From the human T2T-CHM13v2.0 reference genome, Homo sapiens, in NCBI RefSeq assembly GCF_009914755.1, contig NC_060932.1: a stretch of 64,000 nucleotides of DNA. The stretch is one strand, 5' to 3'. Both the position numbers and the translations under genes were made by a program. This document shows, piece after piece, positions 57,571 through 64,000 of the stretch. The first letter of the stretch is position 1; each line of letters starts with the position of its first letter. The notes under the pieces are model-generated. The model was given only the letters and a program-made list of their open reading frames with translations, had not been told where the DNA came from and made no database searches.

Positions 57571-58289
57571 CCCAAGCTATTCTGTAGGTTACAGTATAAT
57601 GAATATTGTGTAAACGTTAACGTTGGTTTCATGTCACAACCTTGAATGATATAATCTTTTTTTTTTTTAATCACATCAAGTCTAAACCCATTTCTGGACA
57701 ATACTATCTATGATAACCTTATTTTACATGATCCTCTAGAAGACATCCTCTGCTTTAGTCAGGGAGAATTTTTACATTTCCATAATACATCATGATTATG
57801 CCTATGTCTGCCTCTCAAGAAAATCTAATTAAGTGACTCAGGCACTCAAAATACTCTAATGGCTCCCCATCACAATAGGAATAAACTCAGATGTTTTCTG
57901 TAGTCTACAAAGTTTATAATCCGGGCCCTACTTATCATACCTTTATCTCCTTCCCTGGCCTTCTGTCTGTTCCTCCCAGACACTGGGTTTTCTCCTGCCT
58001 AGGGCTGAACAGCTGGTTCCATTGTTGTCCTTCAAGTCTCAGATTAAATGTTAATTTTTCAGAGAAACCTTCCTTGAATACCCTGTGATATTCCTCCCGT
58101 CTTTCTCCAATCACTTCTCCTCATATCACCATGTGGTCTTAGTCATTTTAGGCTGCCGATTAGAATTGATGGCTTAAATGACAAACATTTGTTTGGGAAG
58201 TCCAGGATGAAGGTGCTGGCAGGCCCGGTGTTTGGTAAGGGTCTGCCTTCTGGTTTGCAGTTGGTCATCTTGCTATATCCCAACAATGA

Positions 58290-58885
58290 TGATATGGCTC
58301 CAATGAGTGGAGGAACACCAGGTTCTTTGTCTCTAGTCAAATTGGAAAAAACGACATGGACACACGTGGAGTGGTTTTAAGAAGTAGAGAGTCTAATAGG
58401 CAAGAAAGATGGGAGGAGGCCGAAGATAGATGCTCACCCGTACAGAGACAGAGGGAGGGGGGCTCCAAAGCCGAAAGAGGAGACCCCAGGTGCCATGGAT
58501 ACCAGCCAGTTTTATAAGTAGGCTGGCGGAGGTGGTGTCTGATTTGCACAGGGCTCAGGGGATTGGTTTGACGAGGCATGTCATTCACGTAGCCCGAAAA
58601 AGCTTGCCCTCCCACCCTAGCCTTTTAATATGCAAATGCAGGGCACCCTGATGTTCTACACACTCTGGGATAGGTGGGGGCGGCCATGTTGCCAGGAACA
58701 TGTGGGGCAGGGGCAAGAAGGCCAGGGAATTGCCATGTTTGTATGGACCCAGTTTCTAATGGCCTCCATTTGCATATTAAAGGTTGCTGGCCTGGCTCTA
58801 AGAGCTGCTTTAAAAACAAAAACTTCCCTAGGACCCCTTTTCCTCTCTATCTGCCTAAAATAACTTCTTAATAACTCTTTCAACA
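58290..58885 (-). mobile_element. ERV1 solo LTR (HUERS-P3 type, MER61/LTR9-like), 596 bp
   Basis: TG...CA ends, 4-bp TSD atga (58286-58289/58886-58889); minus-strand start tgttgaaagagttattaagaagttattttaggcagatag; subfamily from memory only. Confidence 0.75.
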
Positions 58886-59042
58886 ATGATATAGTACAGA
58901 GAGAGCAAGAGCAAGTTCTCTAGTCTCTGCTTATAAAGGCACTAATCTCATTCATTTGGGCTCAACCTTCATGACCTAATTACCTTCCAAGGCCCCACCT
59001 TCTAATACCATCACACTGGGGGTTAGAATTTCAATGTATGAA

Positions 59043-59662
<620 letters not shown>

Positions 59663-61044
59663 TCAATGTATGAATTCTGGGAATACTCAAACGTTCAGTC
59701 TGTAACACCTGTCTCATTGTCTCCATCATATTTTTTAGAATATGATTATATGTATTTATATGTTACTTGTCCATCTGTTCTCAACGGCTGTCTAAATGTA
59801 GAGCCCTTGTCTGTCTTAACTACTATATTCTCAATACCTAGCACAATTCTTGGCTTTTAGTACGTGCTGGAAGCAAATTTACTAAATGATTCAATGAACT
59901 GATACTTCCAAAGAAAGGCTCAGGAAATACACTTAGTGACCACTAGCATTGTGTCCCTATGATCTCTCACTGTTCCAACAACTGCTGAAGCTGGGTGGGT
60001 AGTGTTCGCCTTACTTTACAAATGAGGAAACCGAGACCCAGCTTATCCATTTCCCAAGGTCACCCAGCTTGTAAATGTCAGAGTTAGATTCAAATCTGAT
60101 TTATCTCCCCCAACACCCACATGCTTCCTATTGTATTATTTCAAAAAATGCAAACCCATGAGGTGGAGCCCAAGAGATGACATATTCTATTAAACCCTGA
60201 AATCCCTGGCAAACTGCTCATAGATGCGTGACCTTTCGTGTCTTCCGCAGAGAGAATTTGTATTCTTGTTGGAGTGGTCACGTGTTCACCTGGGTTGTTT
60301 TGGAGAAGATCAAATAAATAATTTTCATTCTTGGCATCAGCTGCTCACTTAGGTCAGGACTAGATCTAGCAGGGTCATCCAAGTGAAAAATCCCAAATCC
60401 TCACTTTTGGTAGTTTAATCAAACACTCGTCAGAGCAAACCATTCAGCCTTCAAGCTCTGAAGGAATTTGAGCCCTACTTACAAATCAGGAACAAAAGAT
60501 ATCCTTGCTCTTTTCTGGAAAGTTTATTTTTTCTTATGGGAATAATTAAATCCTGTGAGAGTGTTCAAGTTTTCATGCTACCCTGTGCCAAGTCTCAGAG
60601 GGATTTCAAGCCTCCTGGCTTCTTTTCTTGTTTCCTGCCGTGATGAATTGATGGATGTGGACTTAACGGGGCCTTTTTTCTCTGTTTATCTGTTTCTTTG
60701 CATATTTACATAGAAACAGAACCATCTGAGTCAGAATAAAGAACTAGTGGCCATGATGTCCTTTTTTTCCTCTTTCAAAATTTCTTATTTTTCATAGCAA
60801 GGAAAAAAATGTCAAAATCCTGCTTTTTGGTCTTTCCCTCTGATGGCAACATAACTGTCTATTTCATGGAATTTTCCCCCTGAACCAAGAGAGGCCAGGT
60901 TCCTAATTAATTTGGCTAAGATAATTTGGGAACTAAAGAAGCAAATTGTGAAGTAACTATCCACACAAATGAGAAAATGCCTTCTGTGATTTTTTTTTCC
61001 CTAAGACATAGATCCTGAAGTGATGTTTTAAAAATATGTAGTTA

Positions 61045-61415
<371 letters not shown>

Positions 61416-61772
61416 TCACTTTTGCAGAGTTGTAGCTTCTCAGTTAACAGAAAATGATAGGGTCAATGAGCCACTGCCCACCACTGGGCATGACTGGGAG
61501 GAGCAAGATGACCACTTTGCTGTGAAGCGGTGGCCTGAGATGGCAGCTTCTCAGGGTCTCAGCACAGAGCCCTTTTCTGCTCTGTGTCCTTCCTTTGCAG
61601 GGATTCTTCTGTGCCAGGCTCTGATGCCCTCAGTAATACAGCGATAACAGTGCACAGTTCCTTGTTCACTCACTATTCACTGACCACTACCATGTGCTAG
61701 GCATTATGTTAGACCTTCATGGGGTTTATAGCCTAGAGAGGAAGAAGGACATTTTTTAAATGCACAGCTTTT

Positions 61773-62080
61773 GGCCAGCTGTGGTGGCTCACACCTGTAA
61801 TTTCAGCACTTTGGGAGACTGAGGCGGACGGACCACTTGAGGTCAGGAGTTTGACACCAGCCTGGCCAACATGGCGAAACCCCGTCTCTACTGAGAATAC
61901 AAAAATTAGCCTGGCATGGTGGCCCATGCCTGTAATCCCAGCTACTCATGAGGCTGAGGCAAGAGAATCACTTGAACCCAGGAGGAGGAGGTTGCAGTGA
62001 GCCGAGATTGCACCACTGCACTCCAGCCTGGGCAACAAAGTGAGACTCTCTCAAAAATAAAAAATAAAATAAAATAAAAT
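61773..62080 (+). mobile_element. AluS
   Basis: Dimer with (TAAAA)n tail. Confidence 0.9.
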
Positions 62081-62797
62081 GCATACCTTTTAAGTGTATA
62101 GATTGGTAAGTTTATCAGATGTGCACACTGGTGTCACTCTCAATCAGAACACAGAACACATCTCTCCCTCCAGAGACCCCCTTGTGCCTCTTTCAAGTCA
62201 GCCTCTTTCAGCAGAGGCAACCACTGACGCGATCCTGTCACGAGAAATTAGTTTAGGCTCTTAGAGTCAGACAGAATCTTGGCTCCACTCCTCACGCCCG
62301 TGTAACTTTTGGCAAATTGTCTCCTTTCTCTGGGCTTCCTTCTCATCTGTTAACTAGGGATATGTGTGGTGTCTTCCTCATAGGGTTGGTGAAGGATTAA
62401 AGGAAGTAATGCTTGCAGGGCCCCTCATGCCGGTCAGCCATGTCGTCCTTCCCTCCTTCGCCACAGTCTGAGTACATGGGCACATCTCAGAGGCATAACC
62501 AGCTTGTGAAATAAATCTGAATAATTCTTCAGTCTTAGAAATATGTCTTGAGTTCTCTGAGGTTCAGCTTTCCCAGATCGAGTTGCCCTCTGCCCTGTCA
62601 CCCTGGAATCCTGCCCACTCCTTCCATGTCCCCCAAGTTCCTGTTCCTAACCTCATCTAAGTCACTGCCACACTGCTCGTTACTGAGGACCAAGGTCCTT
62701 TCTGACTGATTTCATTGGATTTCACCTTCACCCCGGTATCCCCCATCACCAGCACTGCATGTTCCCCACTTTCCGAAATCTCCAGAAGCATCTCTGA

Positions 62798-63415
<618 letters not shown>

Positions 63416-63515
63416 TAAGTGTCAGACATGGGGGGTTTGAGTCTTAGCTTCACCACTTTTATAGGACAAAAAATAATTACTTAAACTAATCTAAGCCTCA
63501 AATTCTTCACCTTTA

Positions 63516-64000
<485 letters not shown>

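Overview
Primate (human-like) genomic DNA lying entirely inside the DEPTOR (DEPDC6) gene, which is on the + strand. Five coding exons are identified from GT-AG boundaries and a continuous spliced reading frame: 8016-8194, 44268-44453, 45723-45857, 49551-49621 and 51776-51880. They encode about K142-K367, i.e. the second DEP domain, the Ser-rich linker with the SSGYFS phosphodegron and the first part of the PDZ domain. Exon numbers 4-8 and residue numbers come from my recollection of the 409-aa protein. The rest is intron, filled with roughly 70 Alu/FLAM/FRAM copies, a 5'-complete but internally deleted L1PA7-like LINE-1, MaLR and ERV1 solo LTRs, and MER2/Tigger3/MER33/L2/MIR relics. Nearly all ORFs in the supplied track are Alu or L1 translation artefacts. 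I see no evidence of a new multi-gene system. The most notable unexplained structures are: a candidate TACTAAC-overlapping donor/intronic-poly(A) switch at exon 8; a non-Alu 43-bp-stem hairpin after exon 7; an inverted templated insertion with microhomology junctions; a tandem duplication whose two copies carry different Alu subfamilies at the same site; and an Alu>L1>Alu nest. Repeat boundaries are read by eye (about +/-10-30 bp) and subfamily names are tentative.
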